Shown here one piece after another: positions 54,216 to 63,845 of a stretch of DNA of 64,000 nt (position 1 is its first letter; each line of letters starts with the position of its first letter). The notes under the pieces were generated by a model that worked only from the letters and a program-made list of their open reading frames with translations, had not been told where the DNA came from and did no database searches. The position numbers and the translations under genes are program-made. Origin of the DNA: an uncultured Candidatus Saccharibacteria bacterium. GTDB lineage: Bacteria; Patescibacteriota; Minisyncoccia; Phycocordibacterales; UBA12445. The DNA lies in contig CAZHDO010000001.1 in the NCBI GenBank assembly GCA_964531375.1, positions 2,282-66,281 on the forward strand. Direction: 5' to 3'.

Positions 54216-55106
54216 ATGACAAAAAATGAAGGGACAATTGATCGTTTGTTAAGACTAATACTGGTCGAAGTATTTTACATGCTTGGTTTCTTTTGGTTTG
54301 CGGGAGTTTGGCAAACGGTTTTTTATGTTTTGGCTATAGTGATGCTGTTTACCGCCTTAACTGGTTTTTGTGGTGTTTATAAGTTGTTTGGAATAAACAC
54401 TGATGATAAAAAACCAGTATCAAGTGTAACAAAAGTAGTCTTTGTATTTTTGTTTATTTTTATTGGTTTGGCGGGTAGTTATGCCAGTGATTTCTTTTCT
54501 AGAAAATTCTTTTTGGACGATTATAATAGGATGAATAATTACTATAAACAAACTCTTTTTAATACAGGACAAGATAAAAGACTGGAATCGATTAGTAACT
54601 ACGACGGATTAATTTCTGAATTTTCTATTTTTTCTGCAAAATATTTTACATATCATCCTTATGTAATAAGCGGTGATGCTCAATTTAATTCCGATCTGGT
54701 CAATGTCCAAAATATAATTTTAGGATTAAAAGAGAATGTTTATAATGGCGATTTAAAATTAACTCATAAAGATTTTGAAGTAATTCGTCCGATTTTTCAA
54801 GATATTTTAAAAAGAAATGGATTTTCAATGCTTCAGGTTTATCTGGTCGATTTCCATGACGCCATGGAAAAAATAATTGCAGCTGCAGATGCAAAAGATG
54901 CAGCAGGTATTATAACTGTTTACTCCGAGGTTGATACTAAGCTAAAGGCTGTTGAGGGGGTGGCGAACGATTCAGAGATTCAAACAATAAGACAAAAACT
55001 AGACGAAGTATTAAGTTTAGCCAAAGACGGAAGGGTAGATGAGCTTTCTGCAAAGGCGGCGGAGTTGAAGAGTAGTTTTGTTAAGGTTTATTTAGTAAGA
55101 GGATAA
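54216..55106 (+). CDS. Hypothetical membrane protein (3 N-terminal TM helices plus a C-terminal domain of about 200 aa)
   Basis: ORF with TM helices. No recognisable motif. Confidence 0.3.
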   Translation: MTKNEGTIDRLLRLILVEVFYMLGFFWFAGVWQTVFYVLAIVMLFTALTGFCGVYKLFGINTDDKKPVSSVTKVVFVFLFIFIGLAGSYASDFFSRKFFLDDYNRMNNYYKQTLFNTGQDKRLESISNYDGLISEFSIFSAKYFTYHPYVISGDAQFNSDLVNVQNIILGLKENVYNGDLKLTHKDFEVIRPIFQDILKRNGFSMLQVYLVDFHDAMEKIIAAADAKDAAGIITVYSEVDTKLKAVEGVANDSEIQTIRQKLDEVLSLAKDGRVDELSAKAAELKSSFVKVYLVRG

Positions 55107-55202
55107 TTATTTTGTATTTATATCTTGCAATAATAACCCACTTAGCGTATCTTTTTTGAAAGACGCATAGTTATTTGTTAAACTAAAATAAAGGAAAAAA
55201 TA

Positions 55203-55643
55203 ATGACAAATAACCAATTTGAGTTGCCGAAAGATGATATGGCTTTTAGGAAGATATACAAGAATCTTTTGGAGGAAGAAAAATTAACCACTGTTTTTAG
55301 GCCAGGTGTTCGGGACTGTAATAGGTTTCGGGGGTATTGTCCTGAAGATATTGTAAATGCCCGAGTTATCGACCAGCAAGGTCTTGATCGGGCTAGGGTT
55401 GCTCCAGTTTTTCTCGTTGAGCCTGTAAAGAAAATACAAGTTGAGCAAGTAGAGGTTAAGACACTTGGTTCTCTTTCTTCGAAAGATTTTATCGGATCGT
55501 CACCTGATGTGTATGATAAAAAATCTCTCATCTACCATCTCGGGTTAATTTACAATTTGGATATCTCGTCATTGTTGGATGATTCGCCGATTACAAGAAT
55601 CCAATTTCGTTACATAACACAAAAGGAGAAAAATCATGAATGA
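55203..55643 (+). CDS. Hypothetical protein (146 aa)
   Basis: ORF only. It overlaps the next gene by 8 nt. Confidence 0.3.
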   Translation: MTNNQFELPKDDMAFRKIYKNLLEEEKLTTVFRPGVRDCNRFRGYCPEDIVNARVIDQQGLDRARVAPVFLVEPVKKIQVEQVEVKTLGSLSSKDFIGSSPDVYDKKSLIYHLGLIYNLDISSLLDDSPITRIQFRYITQKEKNHE

Positions 55644-56640
55644 AAAAGAGATAATTAAGACCAGATATAAGGAGTTGCTTTCGATTGCGAAGTTGCCTAG
55701 GAATAATCCGCAGTTTCTGGATTTTGACTATTATGATGTAACGCCAGTAGATCACGATTACGCTGGGCAGTTTCAGCTTAAGGCAAATCATGTTTTTCAG
55801 AAACTGGGATTACCTTTTGGTTTTATTATGATGATTGGTGATCCAAACCGCGCTTCAGAGATTTACGACCTTTTTCGACAAGATCCAAAATATCTTGGCG
55901 GGGGAACTGGTTCTGGATTTAAGAACCGTGCGCCTAGTGTGCTTGATGAATTAGATCCGCTTGCAAAGCAAATTGGCGCGATAAATGTCGTTGTTAAAAA
56001 AGATGGCCGTCTGTGTGGGTACAATACTGATGGCCTCGGTTTTGTTCGTGGTCTTGAGGAGCTCTTAAAAACCGCGAGAGGGAATGATTCTGTGAAGGGT
56101 CTTCATGTTCTCGTCTTGGGAGCTGGTGGTACGGCTGATGCGATAGGTTTCACCCTTGCGTCAAAAGGCGCTACTTTAACGATTGTTAATCGTACTTCCG
56201 AGAAGGCATCTTCGTTGGCTGAAAGGATCAATTCTTTTTACGGCACCAACTATATCGGTGGAGGTGAAGAACTTATCGAAAGTGCCTTGGTAAGCGCTGA
56301 TGTTGTGATAAACGCCTCGACAAAGAGTGCCGAAGGACCTCTTAAGGATTTTATCGCTTTTGCTCCTGCTAAAGTGGGCGAGCTTGAAGAAAATTTGAAA
56401 CGCTCGTTTGATGTTATCAAAAATCTTCGACCAGGCACAATTGTCTGCGATATCAATCTTCGGTCTGACGAGTCTCCAACCTTGCGCATTGCAAGAGAAG
56501 CAGGTTTCCTTACACAAAACGGTGCTCCGATGAATTTTTACCAGGCAGTTGAAGCTTTGTGGATTATTCATGGAGAATTGTTTTCAAGCAAGGGTCTTCT
56601 TAAGGAAGATATTGCAAGTCTTGTGAAAGAGGTCTCTTGA
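55636..56640 (+). CDS. Shikimate/quinate 5-dehydrogenase-like NAD(P)-binding protein with a divergent N-terminal region
   Basis: IGAINVVVKKDGRLCGYNTDGLGFVRGL matches the AroE motif (GAVNTv...G.l.G.NTDg.G). VLVLGAGGTADAIGFTLASKGATLTIVNRT is the Rossmann motif. Confidence 0.5.
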   Translation: MNEKEIIKTRYKELLSIAKLPRNNPQFLDFDYYDVTPVDHDYAGQFQLKANHVFQKLGLPFGFIMMIGDPNRASEIYDLFRQDPKYLGGGTGSGFKNRAPSVLDELDPLAKQIGAINVVVKKDGRLCGYNTDGLGFVRGLEELLKTARGNDSVKGLHVLVLGAGGTADAIGFTLASKGATLTIVNRTSEKASSLAERINSFYGTNYIGGGEELIESALVSADVVINASTKSAEGPLKDFIAFAPAKVGELEENLKRSFDVIKNLRPGTIVCDINLRSDESPTLRIAREAGFLTQNGAPMNFYQAVEALWIIHGELFSSKGLLKEDIASLVKEVS

Positions 56641-56648
56641 TTTCCATA

Positions 56649-56686
56649 CCGCTCGCTCATTTTTTAATGGGACGAGCGGTTTTTTA
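56649..56686 (+). terminator. Rho-independent terminator (ccgctcgctc...gacgagcgg plus T6)
   Basis: A GC stem followed by tttttt. Confidence 0.6.
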
Positions 56687-56792
56687 ATCTCTATTTTTGT
56701 TTTGTAATAAAAATAATCTTGCTTTGGGGAAGTGGGGACGTTATACTGTTTGCTATTAATTCTAAAAAAGATTATTAATCTAGGAAAAAGTT

Positions 56793-57122
56793 ATGGCAAA
56801 AGCATTGGATATAAAAGCTAGTGATTTTAAAAAAGAAGTTCTCGAGAGTGAAATTCCTGTATTAGTAGATTTCTGGGCGCCATGGTGTGGGCCTTGCCGT
56901 ATGATGGCACCTGTTTTGGATGAATTATCTTCAATAATGGTAGATAAAATAAAAGTTGCCAAAATAGATACAGACGAATCCGAAAACCAAGATTTGGCGA
57001 ATGAGTACGACATCCAAAGTATTCCAAATATGAAATTGTTTAAAAATGGAAAGGTTGTTGGAGAATTTATTGGTATGAGAAAATTAGAAGAGTTAAAGCA
57101 AGGAATAGATAAACTGATTTAA
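56793..57122 (+). CDS. trxA: Thioredoxin
   Basis: [19 protein letters not shown] carries the WCGPC active site. Confidence 0.92.
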   Translation: MAKALDIKASDFKKEVLESEIPVLVDFWAPWCGPCRMMAPVLDELSSIMVDKIKVAKIDTDESENQDLANEYDIQSIPNMKLFKNGKVVGEFIGMRKLEELKQGIDKLI

Positions 57123-57123
57123 A

Positions 57124-58059
57124 ATGAAAAAAGTAAACGATACAATTTTTGATCTGATAATTATCGGCACGGGCCCTGCTGGTTTGACTGCTTCTCTTTA
57201 TGCTGAACGTTATAGATTAAAAACTTTAGCTTTGGGAACCTTTCCTGGTGGCACAACCAATCAGGCTCATAAAATATGTAATTTCCCCACAGAGGTTGAA
57301 ATTACGGGAATGGAGCTTGCTGAAAAGATGACAAAGGTTGCCTTAGCTCAAGGTGTCGAAATAAAGAACGATGAAGTTGTTGATATAAAAAGAGAGGATG
57401 GTCTTTTTTCTATAATTACAGATGGTTATATCTATAAAACAAAAACAGTTATTTTGGCAAAGGGTATGCATCATCGCAAGCTTGGGCTAACAAGGGAAAA
57501 AGAACTTCTTGGAAGAGGGGTTTCTTATTGTGCAACTTGTGATGGTATGTTCTTTAAGGATAAGGTTGTTGGTGTCGTTGGTGGGGGTGATTCAGCTCTT
57601 ACAGCGGCACTTTACCTCGCTGATATTGCTGATAAGGTGTTTTTAATATATCGCGGTAAGGAGTTAAAAGGGGAGCCTGTTTGGATAGAAAAGGTTAAGA
57701 GTAGTGAGAAAATAGAAATCTTACTTGAAACAAATATACAGGATCTTCTTGGAGAAAAACAACTAGAGAGTGTTTATTTAGATAAGCCTTATGGTAGTAG
57801 CAACGAATTAGCGATTCAGGGGTTGTTTGTGGAGATAGGCTCAGAACCGAGACACGCAAAATATCTTCACGATCTTGATATAAAACTTGATGAAAATAAT
57901 TTTATAAACGTCACACCAGATCAAAAAACATCAGCTGTTGGTGTTTGGGCGGCGGGGGATATAACAAACGGTTCCAATGGTTTTAGACAAATCGTCACCG
58001 CTTGTTCAGAGGGGGCAGTAGCCGCCGAAAACGTTTTTCGATATCTTCAGAAAAAATAG
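57124..58059 (+). CDS. trxB: Thioredoxin-disulfide reductase
   Basis: The FAD motif is IIGTGPAGLTA. The redox-active CATCDG is present. The NADPH motif is GGGDSALTAA. Confidence 0.9.
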   Translation: MKKVNDTIFDLIIIGTGPAGLTASLYAERYRLKTLALGTFPGGTTNQAHKICNFPTEVEITGMELAEKMTKVALAQGVEIKNDEVVDIKREDGLFSIITDGYIYKTKTVILAKGMHHRKLGLTREKELLGRGVSYCATCDGMFFKDKVVGVVGGGDSALTAALYLADIADKVFLIYRGKELKGEPVWIEKVKSSEKIEILLETNIQDLLGEKQLESVYLDKPYGSSNELAIQGLFVEIGSEPRHAKYLHDLDIKLDENNFINVTPDQKTSAVGVWAAGDITNGSNGFRQIVTACSEGAVAAENVFRYLQKK

Positions 58060-58102
58060 TTTTTAATCTAATCTATTGTTTAAATTCCCTAATTAGGTTT
58101 TT

Positions 58103-59497
58103 TTGTGTAAAATTAGGGGACGAATGAAAAAAGGTTTATTTTTTTTGCTTTTTGTTTTTATATTTTTTTTAAGTACACCATCTTTTTCGAGAATGGTTTT
58201 TGCTGATACCTTAAATGTGGTCGCGATTGATGAGCAACAGGCTAAGTTAGAGGCAGATCTTTCTGTGCTCGAAAAAGAAATTGCAGAAAAAGAAGCTTTG
58301 TTAAAGAATCAAAAAAATCAAACTGGATCTTTGAAAAAAGATATCTCTGTTTTAACAACACAGATTGCAAAAGCCAAATTAAATATTCAGGCGAAAAATT
58401 TAACGATTGCTAAGCTTAAAAAGGATATAACTGTAAAAATTGGCACAATTGGAAAACTTGAGGATCAGATATCTACAAATCAGGATTATATTGGTGAATC
58501 ACTTCGTAAGGTTAGAGAGTCTGATGATTTTTCTTTTGTGGAAATGTCGTTTGGTGCTAGTACGATATCTGATTTTTATATTGACGTTGATTCGATGGCT
58601 CAGTTGGAAGGTTCTTTGCAGGAACATATTGCCGACATAACAAAAACAAAAGAATTAACTCAAAAAGAAAAAGAATCTTTAAGTAAAAAACAAGACGCTG
58701 AGGCTGATGCAAAGGCGGTCTTGGAAAATGCAAAAAAGAAAACAGAACAAAATGAAAAGGAGAAAAATAAGCTTTTAAGTATTAGTAAAAATCAGGAAGC
58801 TGAATACCAAAAAATAATTAAAGAGCGAGAGAAGAAGGCAGCAGAAATCCGTGCCGCGTTGTTTGCGCTTCGTGACGCGAAGTCAATTCCTTTTGGTGAT
58901 GCTCTTACATATGCTGATTTTGCAAATACAAAAACGGGTGTTCGTTCCGCGTTGATCCTCGCTATTATCCAGCAGGAATCAAATATGGGTTTAAATGTGG
59001 GTACTTGTAATCGAAAGAATGACCCACCTGCAAAAAACTGGAAAGTTATTATGCCGGGCCCGATAGACAAAGCGAATGGAGATTCTAAGCGCGATGATCA
59101 ATCTGCTTTTATACGCATAACTCAAGAGCTTGGTATTCCACAAGAGGGAACTCCACTTTCTTGTCCTTGGGGTAAGGGTTGGGGTGGGGCGATGGGGCCT
59201 TCTCAATTTATTCCAACAACCTGGGAGCTATTTAGAGATAAAATAGGAAATGCTCTTGGTATTAAAACCCCGGATCCATGGAATCCAAAGCACGCAATTA
59301 TGGCCACGGCAACATACCTAGGTGGGCTTGGTGCTGGGGCGGGCGGATATACTGCAGAGCGTAATGCCGCTTGTAAATATTATTCTGGAAGAAATTGTGA
59401 TAATAAGTCGCCAGCAAATTCTTTTTATGGTGACCAAGTTGTCGCGAAGGCAAACAATATTCAAAATAATATGATCGACCCATTGAAAGGGTTATAG
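58103..59497 (+). CDS. Secreted coiled-coil protein with a C-terminal lysozyme-like (SLT/lytic-transglycosylase-type) domain
   Basis: A signal peptide, then about 250 aa of coiled coil. LILAIIQQESNMG is the SLT catalytic-Glu motif (A.AQ.ES). GAMGPSQFIPTTW corresponds to the SLT GLMQfmPsT motif. Confidence 0.55.
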   Translation: MCKIRGRMKKGLFFLLFVFIFFLSTPSFSRMVFADTLNVVAIDEQQAKLEADLSVLEKEIAEKEALLKNQKNQTGSLKKDISVLTTQIAKAKLNIQAKNLTIAKLKKDITVKIGTIGKLEDQISTNQDYIGESLRKVRESDDFSFVEMSFGASTISDFYIDVDSMAQLEGSLQEHIADITKTKELTQKEKESLSKKQDAEADAKAVLENAKKKTEQNEKEKNKLLSISKNQEAEYQKIIKEREKKAAEIRAALFALRDAKSIPFGDALTYADFANTKTGVRSALILAIIQQESNMGLNVGTCNRKNDPPAKNWKVIMPGPIDKANGDSKRDDQSAFIRITQELGIPQEGTPLSCPWGKGWGGAMGPSQFIPTTWELFRDKIGNALGIKTPDPWNPKHAIMATATYLGGLGAGAGGYTAERNAACKYYSGRNCDNKSPANSFYGDQVVAKANNIQNNMIDPLKGL

Positions 59498-59565
59498 TTT
59501 TTCTTAACATGGAGTATGAAGATTTTTTTGTTTTAAAATAAAACATTGATTAAATAAAAAATTTA

Positions 59566-60168
59566 TTGTATAATTATGTAATGGAAAAACTAATAAAAAT
59601 TTTGATTGTTTCATCGTTTGCTTTTGTTGGTTTTAATGTTGCTCTTGCGGATATAAAACCGCCATTAACTCATTCTTTAGACAGATGCGCTAGTGTTGTG
59701 AACTTAACTGATTTTCCAGATATTGTTCTTGTGGGTCATATTGAAGGGCCTATGGTTAAAAATAACGAGGTAGATTATAAAATTGAGAATGGAAATTGTT
59801 TAACCAAGGGTTATAAATTCAATACTTTTAGTGTTTATTGGACAACAAAAGATAAATTCAAATTAGAAAATTTAAAGAATTTAGAATTAAATGGCATGCA
59901 GCTTTTGTCTGGCGAAATTGAGCCATACGGTGGTTTTGTTGAAAATAGTAATCCTTTGATTAAAGAAAATATAGAATATTCTTTATTAAAATCAACTGAC
60001 GGTAAATTATCTTTAACTAAAACAAGGCAAATATCTGGATATGCTGACGGAGCTACTAGTACAGTAACTGATTTTAAAGATTCAAATATTAAGCCTATGC
60101 CAAAGCCAGAAGGTTTTTGGAAAAAAATAATTTGTTTATTTAAGGGTTTGTTTAATAAAAATTGCTAG
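59566..60168 (+). CDS. Secreted hypothetical protein
   Basis: Signal peptide MEKLIKILIVSSFAFVGFNVALA. No motif. Confidence 0.3.
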   Translation: MYNYVMEKLIKILIVSSFAFVGFNVALADIKPPLTHSLDRCASVVNLTDFPDIVLVGHIEGPMVKNNEVDYKIENGNCLTKGYKFNTFSVYWTTKDKFKLENLKNLELNGMQLLSGEIEPYGGFVENSNPLIKENIEYSLLKSTDGKLSLTKTRQISGYADGATSTVTDFKDSNIKPMPKPEGFWKKIICLFKGLFNKNC

Positions 60169-60518
60169 ATTTGTCGTACGAAACTAAATTCATTTATTCT
60201 CTGTTTTTAACCTTGCTTACAGAAATACCCGCTGTCGTATTCTTGGTTAATATTTTTTGTAAACAAGAAAGACTAAGCGCTTCAAGAATCGTTTTTTCTG
60301 GTCTATTGGCTTCTTCTTTAACTTTGCCTTATTTATGGTTTGTATTGCCTGCCATTACTAGCGTAAATAATGTATCAATCTTTTTTAGCGAGATTGTGAT
60401 TGTTGCAATAGAGGCGATTATATACAATCAGCTACTAAGTATAAAAATATCCAAAGCACTATTAATTTCGCTTATTGCAAATCTGGCTTCAGTTTTTGTC
60501 GGGTGGCTATTTTGGTAA
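60162..60518 (+). CDS. Hypothetical small membrane protein (3-4 TM helices)
   Basis: A hydrophobic ORF that overlaps the upstream gene by 7 nt. Confidence 0.3.
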   Translation: MLDLSYETKFIYSLFLTLLTEIPAVVFLVNIFCKQERLSASRIVFSGLLASSLTLPYLWFVLPAITSVNNVSIFFSEIVIVAIEAIIYNQLLSIKISKALLISLIANLASVFVGWLFW

Positions 60519-60620
60519 GACAGGCTTTATCTAAAAATTTTAAATATTGCGATATTTTTGCTTGTGTGGTATATAAAATGAAGCTGTAGTTTTTTAAAAA
60601 TTTAATTTGGAGGAATTGTT

Positions 60621-60986
60621 ATGATTCGTAAAGTGCTGTGTATTGGTGTTCGGTATGAAAGTTTTAAGCCTATATTGGTAAGTGGTATTAAAAAAGGGAG
60701 GAAAAATAAGTATTCGGACTCAAGCTATTTAAAGGGCGTTGGAAATGGTCTTGCTTTGTCCGGTATATTTTCTATTCTGAAACTAGATTTCCGCCATAAA
60801 GATAAGATTTTCTCAATCGACATTAATAAAATATTTTACGAAAAATTAGGTATTACGATAAAAAATAATATTGCTAATAAAATTAAGGCAACTATGCCTA
60901 AATATATCAAGATAGATAAGATGGATATAATACCCCAGGACATTGATGCCTGGGTTGATAGGGTAATAATCCTATTAAATAAATGA
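60621..60986 (+). CDS. Hypothetical protein (121 aa)
   Basis: ORF with an SD-like ggaggaattgttATG. No motif. Confidence 0.25.
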   Translation: MIRKVLCIGVRYESFKPILVSGIKKGRKNKYSDSSYLKGVGNGLALSGIFSILKLDFRHKDKIFSIDINKIFYEKLGITIKNNIANKIKATMPKYIKIDKMDIIPQDIDAWVDRVIILLNK

Positions 60987-61128
60987 TACAATAATAATTC
61001 CACTAAAAATGAAAATAACAAGGCGCCGATGAATAATCGGCGCCTTTCAACTTGTCCTTTACGAAAGTAAGCTTTTTTGTTATATTGTTAGGGTATCTAA
61101 CTATTCGTTTAACTAACAAATATTACAT

Positions 61129-61536
61129 ATGGAAAATAGTGAAAAATTAATAAGCGCAGTGTTCGATTTTGGAAGGGTGATGAGGGAGAGAATAGGTTCG
61201 GTAAATTTTTCTCACAATCTTTCGCATGGACAAATTCAAACCCTTAAGTTTATAGAATCAAACAAGGGTAGGACAATGAAGGAAATTTCTTCATTCCTTC
61301 GAGTAAGGCCACCAACCGCTACTACAATGATAAATAGTTTGGTTAAAAGTGGTGAGATTAAGAGAGTTGATGACGAGGGTGATCGAAGAATTACAAAGCT
61401 CGAACTGACCAAAAAGGGCGAAAAAATTCTTAAAGAAAGTTTTGGGACAGTTGCAAAGGAATTAAAAAGTATTTTTTCAAAATTGAATGATAAAGATATT
61501 GAAAACCTTATAAATATATTAGAAAAGATAAAATAA
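61129..61536 (+). CDS. MarR-family transcriptional regulator
   Basis: A winged-HTH (LSHGQIQTLKFIESNKGRTMKEISSFLRVRPPTATTMINSLVKSGEIKRVDDEGDRR), 135 aa, leading an efflux operon. Confidence 0.8.
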   Translation: MENSEKLISAVFDFGRVMRERIGSVNFSHNLSHGQIQTLKFIESNKGRTMKEISSFLRVRPPTATTMINSLVKSGEIKRVDDEGDRRITKLELTKKGEKILKESFGTVAKELKSIFSKLNDKDIENLINILEKIK

Positions 61537-61540
61537 AATT

Positions 61541-63091
61541 ATGAAAGAGAATCTCAAAAAGCCATTTATAATCGGAGGGATTTCTGTATTTTTGTTGGTG
61601 TTAATTATTATAATTGCTTTTAGTTTTAGCGGAAGTAAAAAAGTAGAGAATTCAATCTTCGAGGTCAAAAGAGGAAAAATAACTAATAATTTTAATGTTG
61701 TTGGTCAGGTAAAGCCAAAAGATGGAGTTGATCTGGCCTTTGAAAGAAGTGGAAAAGTTTCTGGAAAATATTATTCTGTTGGAGACAAGGTTTCTGTTGG
61801 TAAGACACTGGCGTCTTTGGAAAATTATGACCTTGTTGCAAATCTTCACCAAGCTGAGGCTAATTTAAAAATACAGCAAGCTAAGTTTGATGAATTAAAG
61901 AGGGGCGCGCGACCGCAGGATTTGGATATTCAAGAATCAAAACTTTCTGGGGCGGGGAGTTCTCTGATTGAATCAAAGAGAAATCTTATAGACAAAATAC
62001 AGGATGCTTATACAAAATCAGATGATGCCATAAGGGGGAAGGTTGATCAGCTTTTTTCTAATCCAAAATCTACGACACCAAAACTCACATTTACCATCTC
62101 GGATTCTCAGCTTGAGTATGATATTGAATTCAATAGAACAATACTCGAGAGTACTTTGAATAAATGGTATTCATTGCTTAATACTCTTAATATTAGCGAA
62201 GATCTTTCGGTTTATTCAGATACGACGATCGCTAATTTAAACAGCATCAAGTCTTTCTTAGACAAGGTTGCTTTTGTTGTTAATGGGTTAACTCCAAATT
62301 CTCAACTTTCATTGGCAACGATATCTGGCTGGAGGTTTGATATTTCGACAGTTAGGTCAAATATAAATACCTCAATTGCTGGTATAACTTCTGCAAAAGA
62401 CAAACTTGAAGCATCTGTTGCTAATTATGAAACGACAAGTAGTCAATATAATCTTATTATCGCTGGTGCTACAGAAGAGCAGATTAGGGCTCAAGAGGGG
62501 CAGGTAGATGCTGCTAGGGCCGCTGTAGAAAGTGCACAGGCTCAAATATCAAAGACTATAATTAGAGCCCCATTTAGTGGAGAGGTTGCAAAAGACGATG
62601 TTGTTGTTGGTCAGATAGTTTCTCCAAATATACCGATGATTTCACTTGTTTCTAATAAGAGTTTCGATATTCAAGTAAATATTCCAGAGACGAATGTTTC
62701 TATGCTTAAGGTTGGTGATACTGCGAAAGTAACCCTAGATGCATATGGTAATAAACAAATCTTTGATGCAAAAATAATTTCTCTAGATACCGCTCAGACT
62801 ATTGTTGATGGTATTGCAGTATATCGGGCCAAACTTCAGTTCACTACAGAGGATCAGAGAATAAAAACAGGAATGACTGCAAATGTTACTATTTCTTCTG
62901 CTTCTGGTGTTGATAAAATTTTTGTACCAGATAGGGCCATTTTCAAGAAAAAAGATAAAAATATTGTTTTTGTCGTTGGTGCTGATGGTTTACAAAAAGA
63001 AAGAGAGGTCGTTGTTGGTATTAGAGGGGTTGGGGAAAATACCGAAATTGTTTCCGGATTAAAAGAAGGTGAAAAGGTTTTTGTCTATTAA
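61541..63091 (+). CDS. Efflux periplasmic adaptor (HlyD/EmrA-type membrane-fusion protein) with a long coiled-coil insert
   Basis: An N-terminal TM anchor. A biotinyl/lipoyl-like motif (GQVKPKDGVDLAFERSGKV...VGDKVSVGKTLASL). A beta-barrel C-terminal domain (IIRAPFSGEVAK). Confidence 0.7.
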   Translation: MKENLKKPFIIGGISVFLLVLIIIIAFSFSGSKKVENSIFEVKRGKITNNFNVVGQVKPKDGVDLAFERSGKVSGKYYSVGDKVSVGKTLASLENYDLVANLHQAEANLKIQQAKFDELKRGARPQDLDIQESKLSGAGSSLIESKRNLIDKIQDAYTKSDDAIRGKVDQLFSNPKSTTPKLTFTISDSQLEYDIEFNRTILESTLNKWYSLLNTLNISEDLSVYSDTTIANLNSIKSFLDKVAFVVNGLTPNSQLSLATISGWRFDISTVRSNINTSIAGITSAKDKLEASVANYETTSSQYNLIIAGATEEQIRAQEGQVDAARAAVESAQAQISKTIIRAPFSGEVAKDDVVVGQIVSPNIPMISLVSNKSFDIQVNIPETNVSMLKVGDTAKVTLDAYGNKQIFDAKIISLDTAQTIVDGIAVYRAKLQFTTEDQRIKTGMTANVTISSASGVDKIFVPDRAIFKKKDKNIVFVVGADGLQKEREVVVGIRGVGENTEIVSGLKEGEKVFVY

Positions 63092-63105
63092 TATCCAGAA
63101 ATATA

Positions 63106-63840
63106 TTGAAAAATAAAAAATATATGAAAAACAACGAAAGAGAAATAATAAGGAAAGAGAATCAGATAATTAAAAATGAGCAAAAAATATTATCTGAACT
63201 TAAAAAAGAGGAGAAGGATATTGGTGAAATAAAGAAAAGTCAGTCGATGATTTATCTTCTTTTAGGAATTATAATTTTTGCCTTAATCGGGGGGTTGGTT
63301 TACTGGAACATTTCTTTGAAGAGGGTTTATGTGGAGAAGTCTCAGATACAGGGTGATGAGATTTCTCTTTCTGCACAATCAAACGGAATTCTTTATGAAA
63401 GTTATGTTAAGGAGGGTGATTATGTCTCAGAGAATGCCCCTATTGCAAGAATTGGAAACGAGCTCATTAAATCAAAAATAGCTGGGATTGTAATTTCAAC
63501 CAGAAATGACATTGGTACTATGTTTAGCAGAGGACAGGTTGTTGCCAAAATGATAGACCCAAACTCTCTTAGGGTTATTGGTAGAGTTGAAGAAGATAAG
63601 GGTCTTCGCGACATATCTGTGGGGCAAAATGTAATATTTACAGTTGATGCTTTTTCGGGGAGTGAATACTCTGGAATTGTTGATGAGGTTAGCCCGACCT
63701 CAAGATCTGGTGATATTGTATTTAATATTTCTGGAAAAAGAGAGATTAGGGAATTCGACGTAAAGGTTAGGTTTGATGTTGAGAAATACCCTGAATTAAA
63801 AAATGGAATGTCCGCTAAGGTTTGGATCTATAAGCAATAA
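63106..63840 (+). CDS. Second, shorter HlyD-like periplasmic adaptor protein
   Basis: A TM anchor, then a lipoyl-like and beta-barrel pattern (YVEKSQIQGDEISLSAQSNGILYESYVKEGDYVSENAPIARI...). Confidence 0.5.
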   Translation: MKNKKYMKNNEREIIRKENQIIKNEQKILSELKKEEKDIGEIKKSQSMIYLLLGIIIFALIGGLVYWNISLKRVYVEKSQIQGDEISLSAQSNGILYESYVKEGDYVSENAPIARIGNELIKSKIAGIVISTRNDIGTMFSRGQVVAKMIDPNSLRVIGRVEEDKGLRDISVGQNVIFTVDAFSGSEYSGIVDEVSPTSRSGDIVFNISGKREIREFDVKVRFDVEKYPELKNGMSAKVWIYKQ

Positions 63841-63845
63841 TTTTT

